Positions 30,750 to 40,902 are shown, counted from the stretch's first letter. The stretch is DNA of 64,000 nt from an uncultured virus (IMG/VR IMGVR_UViG_3300010338_001863) (IMGVR_UViG_3300010338_001863), one strand, 5' to 3'. The notes: generated by a model from the sequence alone, not told the origin. Made by a program: numbers and translations.

Positions 30750-31333
30750 ATTATATTGAACTCATCTTTAAATTCCATTTCATTTATATCTAAATGTGTT
30801 ATGAAAAATACTTGTATATTTAATTGTTTGCATAAATTATGTATAAATTTTAAAGCTTTATGAGATCTTTCCTTGTCTAAATGTTTGAGGTTTTCGTCTA
30901 AAAAAATTATTCTTGATTTATTATTCCTGTCTAATATTAAATATATTATTCTAAATAAAACAGATATAAAATCTTTTATTCCCCCTCCCTCTCCCTCATT
31001 TAAAATTATTTTTTTGTTCCCGATATTTATATAAAATTCCGCAGAAACATTATTGTTTTCTTTTTTAAACTCTATCTCAAATTTGCAATCAGAATCAAAT
31101 ACCTCTTTTATTCCTTCTGTTATAAGATTTTCGAATTTAAAAACTACATCGGTTTGTAGATTTGAATAAAATTCTTGCATTACGTTTATCGACTTTACTA
31201 TCATTTCAACATCGGATTCTTTTGATTTAATTAAATTCTTTATATCAACTATATTTCTTGATAACATATCTCTATATATTTTTTTTGCTTTTATATCTTC
31301 TTCTATCTTTGCTATTTCTTTATCAAATTGCAT
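30740..31333 (-). CDS. SbcC/Rad50-like ATPase, C-terminal half
   Basis: Coiled coil, signature-like EGGG, Walker B IIFLDE, D-loop HLD, H-loop ITH. Confidence 0.8.
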   Translation of the reverse strand: MQFDKEIAKIEEDIKAKKIYRDMLSRNIVDIKNLIKSKESDVEMIVKSINVMQEFYSNLQTDVVFKFENLITEGIKEVFDSDCKFEIEFKKENNNVSAEFYINIGNKKIILNEGEGGGIKDFISVLFRIIYLILDRNNKSRIIFLDENLKHLDKERSHKALKFIHNLCKQLNIQVFFITHLDINEMEFKDEFNIICL

Positions 31334-31553
31334 TTTTTAATTCCTTTATTGTTTCTATTATATTCTTAATTTCTTCTTCCATATTTACAATGGTAGTTTC
31401 TATGTTATTTATATCTATATCTTTTAAATTTTTTAATTCTTCTAGTATTTTTTCTTTTTCTTTTGCCAATTCTTTTATCTGGAATTCTAATTCTAATTTC
31501 TTTTTCTGTATTTCGTATATATCGTTTAGCACATTGTTTATATCTTTAATCAT
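31323..31553 (-). CDS. short coiled-coil protein
   Basis: Heptad-rich 76-aa ORF between sbcD and sbcC-C. Confidence 0.6.
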   Translation of the reverse strand: MIKDINNVLNDIYEIQKKKLELEFQIKELAKEKEKILEELKNLKDIDINNIETTIVNMEEEIKNIIETIKELKNAI

Positions 31554-32451
31554 CTAACCCCTCCTCTGCAGAGGTTTGCAAATAGTATTTTATATTTTCT
31601 ATTATCTTTTTGTCAATATTGTTTTCTTGTAAATAATTAATAAGTATTTCTTCTATGGTTTTAGAAGATTTCTTGATATCATATATATTGGTTACGAATA
31701 TGTCCATAAAGTTTGGAGAGATTACATCTATTATTTTTTGATTTTGCTCATCAAATACATTTTTTTGATGTGGGATTTCTACAAACTTATAGGAATTATC
31801 TTTTGTATCTATTATCACCATTTGAGGTGTTCTATCTTTTTCTACTATTGATGCTCTCAATATGGCTCCTGGATTTAAGAATAATATATTATTTTCTTTT
31901 TCTATATGTCCTATATGTATATCGCCAGATAGTACCATATTATAATTACAATTATTAGATATCTTTTTAATGTTTATGCCATTGGGGATAGATAGATTGG
32001 TTATCGGTTTATGGCATATTAATATATTGTTTTTCCCTGGTATGGCATCATTAAAAATGTTGTTGCTATAACAATGCATTCCTTTTATTATAAGGTCGTT
32101 AAATTCTAGTGTGTCTAATTTCTGTATAACTTCAGATTCTAATAATACTCCAATACTAGATTTGTTTATAGAGTTTTCTTGATATCCATATATATCATGG
32201 TTACCTATTATTGTATACATTGGGATTTGAACTTTTTTTAATTCTTTTAATATTGTAATTGTTAATGAATATACCGTATCTGGCTTATCAAATATATCTC
32301 CTCCAAATATTAATATATCTGCATTGTTGTTAGAATAATCTATTATAAAATTGATTTTTCTTATTAACGAATCTAAAAATGTCTCTTTATCTAATCTGGA
32401 CGATGGAGGTGAATACTTAATATGTAGATCTGTTGCAAAAGCTATTTTCAT
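31546..32451 (-). CDS. sbcD: SbcD/Mre11-like nuclease
   Basis: TDLH, GGDIFD, GNHD, H, SGDIH, NPG motifs. Confidence 0.9.
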   Translation of the reverse strand: MKIAFATDLHIKYSPPSSRLDKETFLDSLIRKINFIIDYSNNNADILIFGGDIFDKPDTVYSLTITILKELKKVQIPMYTIIGNHDIYGYQENSINKSSIGVLLESEVIQKLDTLEFNDLIIKGMHCYSNNIFNDAIPGKNNILICHKPITNLSIPNGINIKKISNNCNYNMVLSGDIHIGHIEKENNILFLNPGAILRASIVEKDRTPQMVIIDTKDNSYKFVEIPHQKNVFDEQNQKIIDVISPNFMDIFVTNIYDIKKSSKTIEEILINYLQENNIDKKIIENIKYYLQTSAEEGLDD

Positions 32452-33536
32452 ATTTTTAATTTACCTATATTATTAATAACCTTATCTCTGTTTATTGATT
32501 TTATTTCCGAATCGCATAACGGACATTTACCATTAAGTATTTCATCAAAGAGTATTGTTTTTTTATTTTTTAAGGTAGATATTGTAATATTAATTATTGA
32601 TTTCTTTTCTTCTATTTCTTTGTCAATTTGTTTCAATCTATTCTTGCTTTTTAAAATTAATATGTATTTTTTAAATTTTTCTATATTAATAGATATATTA
32701 TTACCTTCTATTAAATTTATATTTTTTTTAATTAAATTTATTTTTTCATTTATATTTTTTAGTTTTATTAATAAAGAATATATTTTTAATTTTTTTTCTG
32801 CTTTTTTTACATCAAATTCTATTATCCTTTTATTTTTCTTTATTTCATTTAGATTGTTATTATACTCTGATATTTTGTTCCTTATTTGTATTAACTTATT
32901 CAAAGTTTCGTTTTTGTCTTTCAGTATTAATAGCATTTTCTCTATTTTGTCTATGTTATTATATTTTTCTAATTCTTTCTCTAATTTTTTGATATTATTT
33001 TCCTCTTCAGATATTCCCGATAATATTTGTTTTTTATGCTTATTCATCAAATTTAATGTGTTATTTATTATATTTGCGCCATACAATCTTCCTAGCCATT
33101 TTGCTTTTATGCCTTTTGTTTCGTTTATTATAAATATTTTATCATCTTGATTAGAGAAATTGAGATTTATTTTTTTGCCTATATCTATTGGGGATATATC
33201 AAGGAATCTTTCTATACCGGGTATTATATCGCCAAATGATTCTAGTTTAAATTCTTCCTTATTGTCCTTTATTATTGCTTCATTTTTTCTAGTCTTATCA
33301 TTTTTTATTCTTTTTATAGATAATCCGTTATCTAATACTATCTCAACTATGGTATCTTTATTTTCATCGTTAGGATAAGTTTTGTCCCATTCTCCATAAA
33401 ATAAAAATCTTAATGCTCTAAATATAGCAGTTTTCCCCGTCCTTGATTTACCTATTATTACATTAAAATCTTTAATATTTAAATCAAGGACGGAGTGCTT
33501 CTGGAAGTTCTCTATATATATCCTAGATATGTTCAT
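32448..33536 (-). CDS. SbcC/Rad50-like ATPase, N-terminal half
   Basis: IENFQKH, Walker A GKSRTGKT, Q-loop, coiled coil ending at zinc-hook CPLC. Confidence 0.85.
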   Translation of the reverse strand: MNISRIYIENFQKHSVLDLNIKDFNVIIGKSRTGKTAIFRALRFLFYGEWDKTYPNDENKDTIVEIVLDNGLSIKRIKNDKTRKNEAIIKDNKEEFKLESFGDIIPGIERFLDISPIDIGKKINLNFSNQDDKIFIINETKGIKAKWLGRLYGANIINNTLNLMNKHKKQILSGISEEENNIKKLEKELEKYNNIDKIEKMLLILKDKNETLNKLIQIRNKISEYNNNLNEIKKNKRIIEFDVKKAEKKLKIYSLLIKLKNINEKINLIKKNINLIEGNNISINIEKFKKYILILKSKNRLKQIDKEIEEKKSIINITISTLKNKKTILFDEILNGKCPLCDSEIKSINRDKVINNIGKLKI

Positions 33537-34612
33537 ACATCCATATCTTCAATATTGATTTTTTCTACGCTGTTTGTTATGGATTCTTCTATCATATTCT
33601 CTTCTGTTAATCCAAATACATTGCTATTTGTTGATTTTATCTTATTTAGAATATCATCTATTTTGGTATTTTTATCTTTTAACATTTCTATTAATCCATC
33701 TATACCATGATATTTATTTCCTTCATATTCTATCCATCCGCCTTTTTTATTTGCTATTTTTGATGATATCATTATTTCGGCTATTTCTTGTAATCTATTT
33801 ACTCCAGAGTAATAGTTAATCTCAAATTCGGCAGTTTTGAATGGAGCGGCCACTTTATTCTTTACAATTTTAACATTAACTCTGTGTGATACAGGTATGT
33901 TATTAACAACTTTTGTACTTTTGTTTATCTTCTTCACATGCATTCTTATAGTAGCATGATGTCTTAAAGCAAATATTGATGTCTCTTTTTCTTGTGGGCC
34001 ATAGAAACCTCCGTTAATATTTGCTCTCATTTGGTTTATGGTCATTAATGTTGTATTATATTCATCACACAAAGAAACAAGTCTTGGCAATACGTTAGTT
34101 AGCAGAGATGCTCTTGCTCCTAGTTTTTGGCTTTCCTGTATTTCTTTTTTTAACATTTCAGAAGGTACAAGAGAAGGGATAGAATCTATTACTATTAGAT
34201 CGGCGGCTTGTTCTTTTATTATTTTTTCTATAGTATCAAATCCTATTTCAGCTCCTTGATCTGGATTTAGCTTTAAGAATCTTAATTTATCTGTCTTAAC
34301 TCCATTAATTTTCATCCACTCTAGATTTTTACTATACGACCTTTCCGCATCCCATACTACTACAGCACCTCCATTCTTTTGTACTTCCGCCATAGCCATT
34401 ATAGAAAGAAGAGATTTCCCGCTTGATTCTTCTCCGAATATGTCTATAATAGAACCAGATGGGTATCCTCCTATTCCTAAAGCGAAATCAAGAGATAAGC
34501 TTCCAGATTTTATAGGTAAAGTATTTCTCTTGTAGTCTGTATCTTTCACTATAGGCAGTCCTTCTAAAGAATCCAATATTTCTAATTTAGTTATTTCTTT
34601 TTCTTTTTTCAT
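33533..34612 (-). CDS. recA: RecA recombinase
   Basis: SGSLSLDFALGIGGYP, GEESSGKS, DAE, IVIDS, INQMR, KNKVAAPFK. Confidence 0.95.
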   Translation of the reverse strand: MKKEKEITKLEILDSLEGLPIVKDTDYKRNTLPIKSGSLSLDFALGIGGYPSGSIIDIFGEESSGKSLLSIMAMAEVQKNGGAVVVWDAERSYSKNLEWMKINGVKTDKLRFLKLNPDQGAEIGFDTIEKIIKEQAADLIVIDSIPSLVPSEMLKKEIQESQKLGARASLLTNVLPRLVSLCDEYNTTLMTINQMRANINGGFYGPQEKETSIFALRHHATIRMHVKKINKSTKVVNNIPVSHRVNVKIVKNKVAAPFKTAEFEINYYSGVNRLQEIAEIMISSKIANKKGGWIEYEGNKYHGIDGLIEMLKDKNTKIDDILNKIKSTNSNVFGLTEENMIEESITNSVEKINIEDMDV

Positions 34613-35244
34613 ATATTTCCTCCGCCTAATTTATTTTTTGATTCGTTTATTTTCTCCATCGCTTCTATATCTTTTAGTATCTTTTGCTTTTTTTCTAGAG
34701 AATCTAAAAGCGGGTCTATTAGCGGTTTATGTCCTTTTTTAGTAGAGAATTCTTCTTCTTTTCCAAATTTGGCTGTTACATGGAATTCATTCCCTTTTTC
34801 ATCAGTTGTAAATTTAGATAAATCTGGAGATTTAAAAGTCAAGTCTATTAGCTTGTGGTCTTTCTCTATTTCTTCCTTATCTCTAAAATCAAAGTGTTCT
34901 TTACATGGGATTATTATAGTTTTAAATTCATTTGTTAAAAAATTTTTACCATGTATTATTATGCTTTTTTCTTTGATTATTGGTTGTCCATCCGCTCCTA
35001 TTACTCCAGATCTCTTAACTCCCATCCTGCCTATTATAACGCATTTTATAGTATCGTTTTTTGTAGCTTTGCTTAGATATTCTGCAACGGCATCATCTGG
35101 ATATTTCCCATCTATTATCCTAACTCCATTTTTTTTGGTATCGAATACTACGACGGGGAATATCCATAAGACATTAGGTCGCGACAGATATTCTTTCTTT
35201 AAGTCATCCTTTAATTTATCAAATAATTTATAAAATATATCCAT
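34609..35244 (-). CDS. hypothetical protein
   Basis: 211-aa ORF with AAGGAG RBS. Confidence 0.65.
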   Translation of the reverse strand: MDIFYKLFDKLKDDLKKEYLSRPNVLWIFPVVVFDTKKNGVRIIDGKYPDDAVAEYLSKATKNDTIKCVIIGRMGVKRSGVIGADGQPIIKEKSIIIHGKNFLTNEFKTIIIPCKEHFDFRDKEEIEKDHKLIDLTFKSPDLSKFTTDEKGNEFHVTAKFGKEEEFSTKKGHKPLIDPLLDSLEKKQKILKDIEAMEKINESKNKLGGGNI

Positions 35245-35257
35245 TTTATTTACTCCT

Positions 35258-35779
35258 TTAAAGATTTATTGAATTAGTTATATCCACATTCTTATCATTA
35301 TTTGTTTTATTTAATATTCCTATAGCCATCATCATATCGGATATAACCGTTAATGCCATCTTAGATTCGGTATATAAAGAATCGGCATCTATATAATTAG
35401 AATTAAGGTTTGACATTTTAACATGGAAAGGATTTCCTTCAAATATAGTTTCCGATATTATCTCTTCTGCCTTACTTTCAGCATAAGATTTCCTTATATC
35501 CGTGCTCATTTTTTCGTCTGTATTTGGGGCATATTTTAATTTATTCATTATAGAATCTTTTTGTATATTAATTTTATCTATTATTTTTTTCCAATGGTTT
35601 TTGTTTAATAAGGCATGGGATGTTATGTTAGAAATCTCTAATTTATATAGTGTTGATTTTTTTATAAATTCTTTTATGTCTATTGGATCTTGTTTTAATA
35701 GTTCAGATAGCTCAGAATTTATATCTTTGATTCTTATTCTATATTTTTCCATTTCTTCTTTTTTTATAGGAATTTCCAT
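35258..35779 (-). CDS. hypothetical helical protein (possible recombination mediator)
   Basis: 173-aa helical ORF between SSB-like gene and recA; function from context only. Confidence 0.45.
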   Translation of the reverse strand: MEIPIKKEEMEKYRIRIKDINSELSELLKQDPIDIKEFIKKSTLYKLEISNITSHALLNKNHWKKIIDKINIQKDSIMNKLKYAPNTDEKMSTDIRKSYAESKAEEIISETIFEGNPFHVKMSNLNSNYIDADSLYTESKMALTVISDMMMAIGILNKTNNDKNVDITNSINL

Positions 35780-35808
35780 AATTATTGCCTCTTTTTATAA
35801 GATAATGA

Positions 35809-35831
35809 CTTGGGGGAGAATACTCCCCCAA
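35809..35831. terminator. intergenic hairpin
   Basis: TTGGGGGAG-AATA-CTCCCCCAA. Confidence 0.5.
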
Positions 35832-35837
35832 AATTAT

Positions 35838-36344
35838 TTATATATCTAAATCATCTATAGATAATTTTTTTTCTATCTCGTTTATCTCTTCAATTTTTTT
35901 CTCTATAGATTTTTGCGGTATTTGTTGTTGCGGTTGGGATGTGGTTGTTTTTACTACTTTGCTTGTTCTTTCGGGGTGTTGCATTATGTTGACTATATTG
36001 GTGTATGTTTTCCCGCTTTTCTCTTGATTTTCTAATTTAAGGAAAACTTTATTACCTATATCCTCATCGGATATTTCATATTTTCCTGTTATTTCATATA
36101 TAGCTTTACCTAATGCGCTACCTTTTGTTACAATAGGACTCCCATTTATTACCGGCCAGAAGTAAGTTTTAGATATTTTGTTGTTATCAAACGGCTTTTG
36201 TGTTATATTAAACCTTAGTGTGGTATAGTTTCTTCTGCCAAATTTAGTGTCCTTTTCTCCGCTTTCTCCACCTATAAACTCAGCTTCATAAGTTCCATTA
36301 GGAAGGTTAGAGAAGTTATTAATTTCATTGACTACTATTTTCAT
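35838..36344 (-). CDS. putative ssDNA-binding protein (OB-fold, DUF669-like)
   Basis: LPNGTYEAEF N-terminus, IGNKVFLKL..KTYTNIVNI, low-complexity linker and acidic tail DDLDI. Confidence 0.6.
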   Translation of the reverse strand: MKIVVNEINNFSNLPNGTYEAEFIGGESGEKDTKFGRRNYTTLRFNITQKPFDNNKISKTYFWPVINGSPIVTKGSALGKAIYEITGKYEISDEDIGNKVFLKLENQEKSGKTYTNIVNIMQHPERTSKVVKTTTSQPQQQIPQKSIEKKIEEINEIEKKLSIDDLDI

Positions 36345-36354
36345 TGATTCCTCC

Positions 36355-36543
36355 TTAATATTTATTTTTTGTTAATAATAACAAAAGCTGGCCATCTATT
36401 CTTTTCTTACCGCCGTTATGAGTATTTAAGGTCATATTCACTAACTCAAATACTATCCTATTTAATTCCATCAAGAAGCTTTTTGATACTTGTTTGTTTT
36501 TTTCTTTTGCTAATTTTTTTATTTTTGATATGTTTATATACAT
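36355..36543 (-). CDS. histone-fold-like protein
   Basis: INISKIKKLAKEK..QVS..FLMELNRIVFELV....HNGGKKRI resembles bacterial histone folds (SKVKKLIKEK...GRKTV). Confidence 0.6.
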   Translation of the reverse strand: MYINISKIKKLAKEKNKQVSKSFLMELNRIVFELVNMTLNTHNGGKKRIDGQLLLLLTKNKY

Positions 36544-36550
36544 AAATTTA

Positions 36551-36579
36551 ATTATACAATATTTTTGATTAATTGTCAA
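36551..36579 (-). promoter_or_regulatory. sigma70-type promoter, likely giving a leaderless transcript
   Basis: TTGACA-17 nt-TATAAT ending 7 nt before ATG 36543. Confidence 0.8.
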
Positions 36580-36880
36580 TTTCGTGATAATTTTTTATTA
36601 TCTTTATATTTTCTTTTTTTATTTTTTCGTCTAGATATCCATCAATTATTATTAAGTCAATTTTTTCTTTATATTCTAAATGGTCATATTTTTCTATTAT
36701 TTCATTTAATTCTTCATATTGAATATTTTCTATTTGAGATATAACTTTATTAATCAAATATTCTTTGCCAAATATTTTTTTTATCAAAGAAAATTCTTCT
36801 TTTATTCTTCTTATGTGAGAATTGATTCTAGTTTTGTTTTCTTGATTAACAAATAGACTGTTTTGTGTATATTTACTCAT
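36569..36880 (-). CDS. hypothetical protein
   Basis: 103-aa ORF overlapping the primase stop. Confidence 0.55.
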   Translation of the reverse strand: MSKYTQNSLFVNQENKTRINSHIRRIKEEFSLIKKIFGKEYLINKVISQIENIQYEELNEIIEKYDHLEYKEKIDLIIIDGYLDEKIKKENIKIIKNYHEIDN

Positions 36881-37760
36881 ATTTTATTTTAATATTAACA
36901 ATATTGGAAAATTCCTCTTTTGTTAAATCATTTATATCTTTGTCCAATGGTAATGGGAGATAATATACATCCCAGAAATCTTTTAGCATCATAGCTAGTT
37001 TTTGAGAAGCTTTATTTCCAGCAGCATTAGAATCATTATCAAATCCTATTATTATTTCTGTTGGGTTTAAAGATGTAATTAACTTTATTTGATCCGCCGA
37101 TACTGATGTCCCAAATGTGGCTGTAGCATTTTTAAACCCTTTTTCCCAAGCAGACATACAATTAAAAGCTCCTTCGCAAATAAGTAATGGTTTATTTCTT
37201 TCAAGATTATCATAATTAAATATGTATTTTTTAATGTCTGTTTCGCTATTTAAATATTTAGGGATCTGATTTACATCTAATGCTCTTGCGTTAAAACCAA
37301 CAAATCTCTTGTTATAAAATATAGGAATTATTATTCTGTTTGAGTATTTTGGGATTGTTGTATATCCCAATTTAAATCTTTGTATCGTATCTATTTCTAA
37401 TCTATTCAATAAATAATTGGGAATGTTATTCAGTTTATATGTATAATAAAAAAAGTCATTTATTTTTTTCTCTTTTTTAGAGTTATTATTATTGTTATCT
37501 GAAAGCATTAAATCTATCAATTTAATATTATCTAAAAAATCTGCTTCTGAATATCCTAATATCTTTATTAATTTGTTAATATTACCTTTTTCTAAACAAG
37601 AAAAACATATCCATAATCCTTTTTTGGAAATCGAAAAAGATGGATTTTTATCTTCGTGAAAGGGACAAGATGCAGTATATCCATTAGAGGTTTTCTTTAT
37701 TTTTTTTAGCCCCAATTTAACTAATATTTGATATACTATATCATAATCCATGGTGATCAT
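36873..37760 (-). CDS. dnaG: DnaG-like DNA primase
   Basis: CPFH..PSF..CFSC zinc finger, RIIIPI..GFNAR, PKYLNS, Toprim ICEG, FDND..G, KDIND. Confidence 0.9.
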   Translation of the reverse strand: MITMDYDIVYQILVKLGLKKIKKTSNGYTASCPFHEDKNPSFSISKKGLWICFSCLEKGNINKLIKILGYSEADFLDNIKLIDLMLSDNNNNNSKKEKKINDFFYYTYKLNNIPNYLLNRLEIDTIQRFKLGYTTIPKYSNRIIIPIFYNKRFVGFNARALDVNQIPKYLNSETDIKKYIFNYDNLERNKPLLICEGAFNCMSAWEKGFKNATATFGTSVSADQIKLITSLNPTEIIIGFDNDSNAAGNKASQKLAMMLKDFWDVYYLPLPLDKDINDLTKEEFSNIVNIKIKYE

Positions 37761-39438
37761 CGTCTACGTTTGACTCCTTAAAAAATTGCTTTTCTGTTTC
37801 TGTTGATAATCTTATCTTTGTCTCTGGGAATATTTCTTTTAATTTGTTTAACATTGCTATATCATCTATTTCTTCTTTTGGCTCTTCTTTTGTCGCTAAA
37901 CTCTTAGGGTCTATTTCATTTATTAGGTTTTCATATTCTGATAATAATGATGGACAATATTCATTTGATTCTGGATTTTGGTTTGTATAGTATTCGTATT
38001 TTGAGCCATCTTTGTCGTATCCAGTTGGGATATTAGATTTTTCATCAAACCCTAAGTCTTTAACTTGCATATTAGAAAAGTCAAAATTTAATAATGCTAT
38101 ACAAGAAGAAGAATGTCTATGTTTTACTAAATGGAGTTTAAGTAAATTTAACATTTTATCTTCTTCTGTTCTATTGAAAGCTATTACCCAGTCGGAATTT
38201 TCTGATATTGCTTTAGAGTATTTTATCGAATCTGTTGAAAGTCCATTTTCTTTTAACCCAGCGGTATTTAATTGCGCGGCGGTAAATAAAACAACATTCA
38301 ATCTTTTTGCCAACATTTTTAATTCTCTTGCTATTATCCCAAGCTCTCTTACTCTGTCTTTGTTTGGTATGTCTGATTCTAAAACATTTATAAAATCTAT
38401 AAATAATACCTTTACATCAATCCCATTGTTTTTTAATTTTTTTATTTCTTGTTCTATTTTGTTAGGTGTTGCATGAGCCATGTCTATAATATTAAATTTG
38501 CTTGTTCTATTTTTATATTTACTAGCTATTTTAAGTATTCTATCTTTATCTGGGTTTATATGTAATTTATTTATTAAACACTCTCTTATTAAAGCTTTCC
38601 TTGCTGAAGGTTCTTTCGAAGATGCCACAAGCTTTATAAGATATTCTCCTAATATTTTATTTGGTATTCTTTTTCTGGATATATCTGTTACATTAGCCCC
38701 AGTTTGTATGGCATTATATCTGTTCATTATTTCTTCGTATGACATTTCTAATGTTATATATGCCGTATTATATCCATTTTCTACATATCTTTCTGCCCAC
38801 CATAGTAATAAATTGGATTTACCCTGTCCTGTTCCTGCGGCTACTGTTATCATTTCTGATGGGGCATATCCTCCAGATACTATATCAAATGCTTTGATAA
38901 AGGTTGGGATACGCTCATTTTTGTTGTCAAAATATAATTGTATTCTTTCCTCTAGCTGGTCATGAACTTCTTTTACTTTTGACATCTCTAGCATGGTGGA
39001 AGAGTGTGATGTGAAGTTAAGTAGTTCTTTTACTAAAAATTCATACGCATCATATATTTTGTCTGGTTTAATTAACGGCAAAGAATTCTTTATTATCCCA
39101 GATAATTCATCACACATTCTGTAAGACCTAAGTTCTTTTATAAGAATGTCTAGATCCTGTGTCTCTATTCCTGAATTAGCTATAGAGGAAAGCTGTGCTG
39201 CTATTATATCTCGTTCCTCTTGGATTGGGAACTGTTTTCTTAAAAGAATATCAAAATATTCTTTTGATTGAGTTAAATTAGGAAGTATATCATAATTTTC
39301 AACAAATGCTTTTAGTATTTTTCTATATACTACATTTGAGAAATCGTGTTCCGAAATAGAATATAGTTTCTTTTGCAATATCTGTGATGATGATAATAAC
39401 TTCCTAAATATAACTTTTTCTATTTTTTTTCTATCCAT
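37741..39438 (-). CDS. dnaB: DnaB-like replicative helicase
   Basis: Walker A AGTGQGKS, TLEMS, FIDF, ELKMLAK..AAQLN, K.R motifs. Confidence 0.9.
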   Translation of the reverse strand: MDRKKIEKVIFRKLLSSSQILQKKLYSISEHDFSNVVYRKILKAFVENYDILPNLTQSKEYFDILLRKQFPIQEERDIIAAQLSSIANSGIETQDLDILIKELRSYRMCDELSGIIKNSLPLIKPDKIYDAYEFLVKELLNFTSHSSTMLEMSKVKEVHDQLEERIQLYFDNKNERIPTFIKAFDIVSGGYAPSEMITVAAGTGQGKSNLLLWWAERYVENGYNTAYITLEMSYEEIMNRYNAIQTGANVTDISRKRIPNKILGEYLIKLVASSKEPSARKALIRECLINKLHINPDKDRILKIASKYKNRTSKFNIIDMAHATPNKIEQEIKKLKNNGIDVKVLFIDFINVLESDIPNKDRVRELGIIARELKMLAKRLNVVLFTAAQLNTAGLKENGLSTDSIKYSKAISENSDWVIAFNRTEEDKMLNLLKLHLVKHRHSSSCIALLNFDFSNMQVKDLGFDEKSNIPTGYDKDGSKYEYYTNQNPESNEYCPSLLSEYENLINEIDPKSLATKEEPKEEIDDIAMLNKLKEIFPETKIRLSTETEKQFFKESNVDDDHHGL

Positions 39439-39687
39439 TTATTCGGATTTACCTTCTAACTCCGTTATTTTCCTTTCTGCTAAATTATTAGCGACAATTT
39501 CTATGTTAGGGATTATCTTATCTAATATATTCATTTTGTATTCTATTGGAGCAGTCCCTAATTGTTTTTCTACGATATCGATATAACTACTATATTTTTT
39601 AATTATTGCCATTCTTAATTTTTCTAATTCCTCTTCTTCTATCTTTATGCGATACCATTTATCTCCTCTTTTTTTATTGAAGTACAT
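39439..39687 (-). CDS. hypothetical protein
   Basis: AAGGAGG RBS; directly downstream of a consensus promoter. Confidence 0.65.
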   Translation of the reverse strand: MYFNKKRGDKWYRIKIEEEELEKLRMAIIKKYSSYIDIVEKQLGTAPIEYKMNILDKIIPNIEIVANNLAERKITELEGKSE

Positions 39688-39714
39688 GTTCGCCTCCTTT
39701 TCGTATATTATACT

Positions 39715-39743
39715 ATTATATAAAATATTTGCCGATTTGTCAA
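39715..39743 (-). promoter_or_regulatory. sigma70-type promoter
   Basis: TTGACA-17 nt-TATAAT. Confidence 0.8.
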
Positions 39744-39747
39744 AGTT

Positions 39748-40086
39748 TTATATATTAATTTTTACTGATTCTTTGGATATAATATCATCCAATTCTTTTT
39801 TATTCATTATGTAGTATTTATGTAGATACCCCAAAAATCTTTCGTATTTTTTAAGATCGTTTCTAATATTAGTCGAATTTATAGATTTGTTTATTATCTG
39901 CTTCTCTATTTCTATAAACTCATAAAACATGTGTTTGTTTTTTATTTTTATAGCTATCATTATGTTAAAAGGAATTTCCTTTAATTCCTGTTTTGAATCT
40001 AATAATTTGTTAATAGAATCTTTATCTTTTTGAGATATTAGTTGATTATTAAATTTATATAATTTTCTATGTTCTAAAAAGTTCAT
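39748..40086 (-). CDS. hypothetical protein
   Basis: 112-aa ORF, ATGA-coupled. Confidence 0.55.
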   Translation of the reverse strand: MNFLEHRKLYKFNNQLISQKDKDSINKLLDSKQELKEIPFNIMIAIKIKNKHMFYEFIEIEKQIINKSINSTNIRNDLKKYERFLGYLHKYYIMNKKELDDIISKESVKINI

Positions 40087-40418
40087 AAATTTTTATTTTT
40101 AAAATCTTTTAATGCGTATGCTATTGCTTGTGTAATAGATTCGATGTTTGTAGTATCGTCTAATATTACTTTTTTGCTTCCTTTGACAGAATTTAAATGT
40201 TTTAATATGTTCTCTAATTCTCCTCCCAACTGGAAGTATTTTGATAGCAATATTCCTATAAACGAAGTCATATTGCTAAGTGTAGTTCCAAGTGGAGGCA
40301 AGCTGAGAAATATATTTTTTATTTTTTTCTCTTTTTCATCAAAATCTATATGTATATGTAATCTTCCTTCTGGCACCTCAAGGTCATAATATCTTGAAGA
40401 AAACGTTTTTATATTCAT
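40083..40418 (-). CDS. stand-alone TSCPD-domain protein (class II RNR C-terminal-like)
   Basis: G.LHIHI...IF...G.......IGILLS..FQ.G..LE.I.K.L..VKG...SI.QAIAYAL pattern. Confidence 0.65.
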   Translation of the reverse strand: MNIKTFSSRYYDLEVPEGRLHIHIDFDEKEKKIKNIFLSLPPLGTTLSNMTSFIGILLSKYFQLGGELENILKHLNSVKGSKKVILDDTTNIESITQAIAYALKDFKNKNL

Positions 40419-40428
40419 TTAAACCCTC

Positions 40429-40857
40429 CTAATTTTTTTTATTGCTGCTTCCAAATCCTTTAGCCCCTCTTTGAGTATTATTATTTACTTTCCCTTCTTT
40501 GATAGGATAATGTTTGAAATCTAATACCAATAATTGTGCTATTTTTTCATTTTTTTTGATATAGATAGTTACACGTGATGTGTTTAAAAGTACTGCAATT
40601 ATTTCTCCTCTATATCCATTATCTATTATCCCTCCCATTACTTTTAACCCATTTGTTCCCAAAGAACTCCTATCTGCTATAATACCGAATGTGCCTTTAG
40701 GTAATCGTACTTTTATCCCGGTTTTTATTCTTACTATATCTCCTGGGTGTATTATAAAATCTTCATAGCAATACAAATCATACCCAACATCCCCTTCGTA
40801 TGCTTTTGTTAATATGTTTGCTTTTTCATTTATTTTTTCAACTATTATGTTTTCCAT
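40429..40857 (-). CDS. dut: trimeric dUTPase
   Basis: GYDL, RSSL, GIID.GYRGE, IAQL, RG.KGFGSS. Confidence 0.95.
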   Translation of the reverse strand: MENIIVEKINEKANILTKAYEGDVGYDLYCYEDFIIHPGDIVRIKTGIKVRLPKGTFGIIADRSSLGTNGLKVMGGIIDNGYRGEIIAVLLNTSRVTIYIKKNEKIAQLLVLDFKHYPIKEGKVNNNTQRGAKGFGSSNKKN

Positions 40858-40902
40858 TTTTCCTCCTATTTTCTATTTCTATTCGTATTGAATATTTTTT
40901 TG

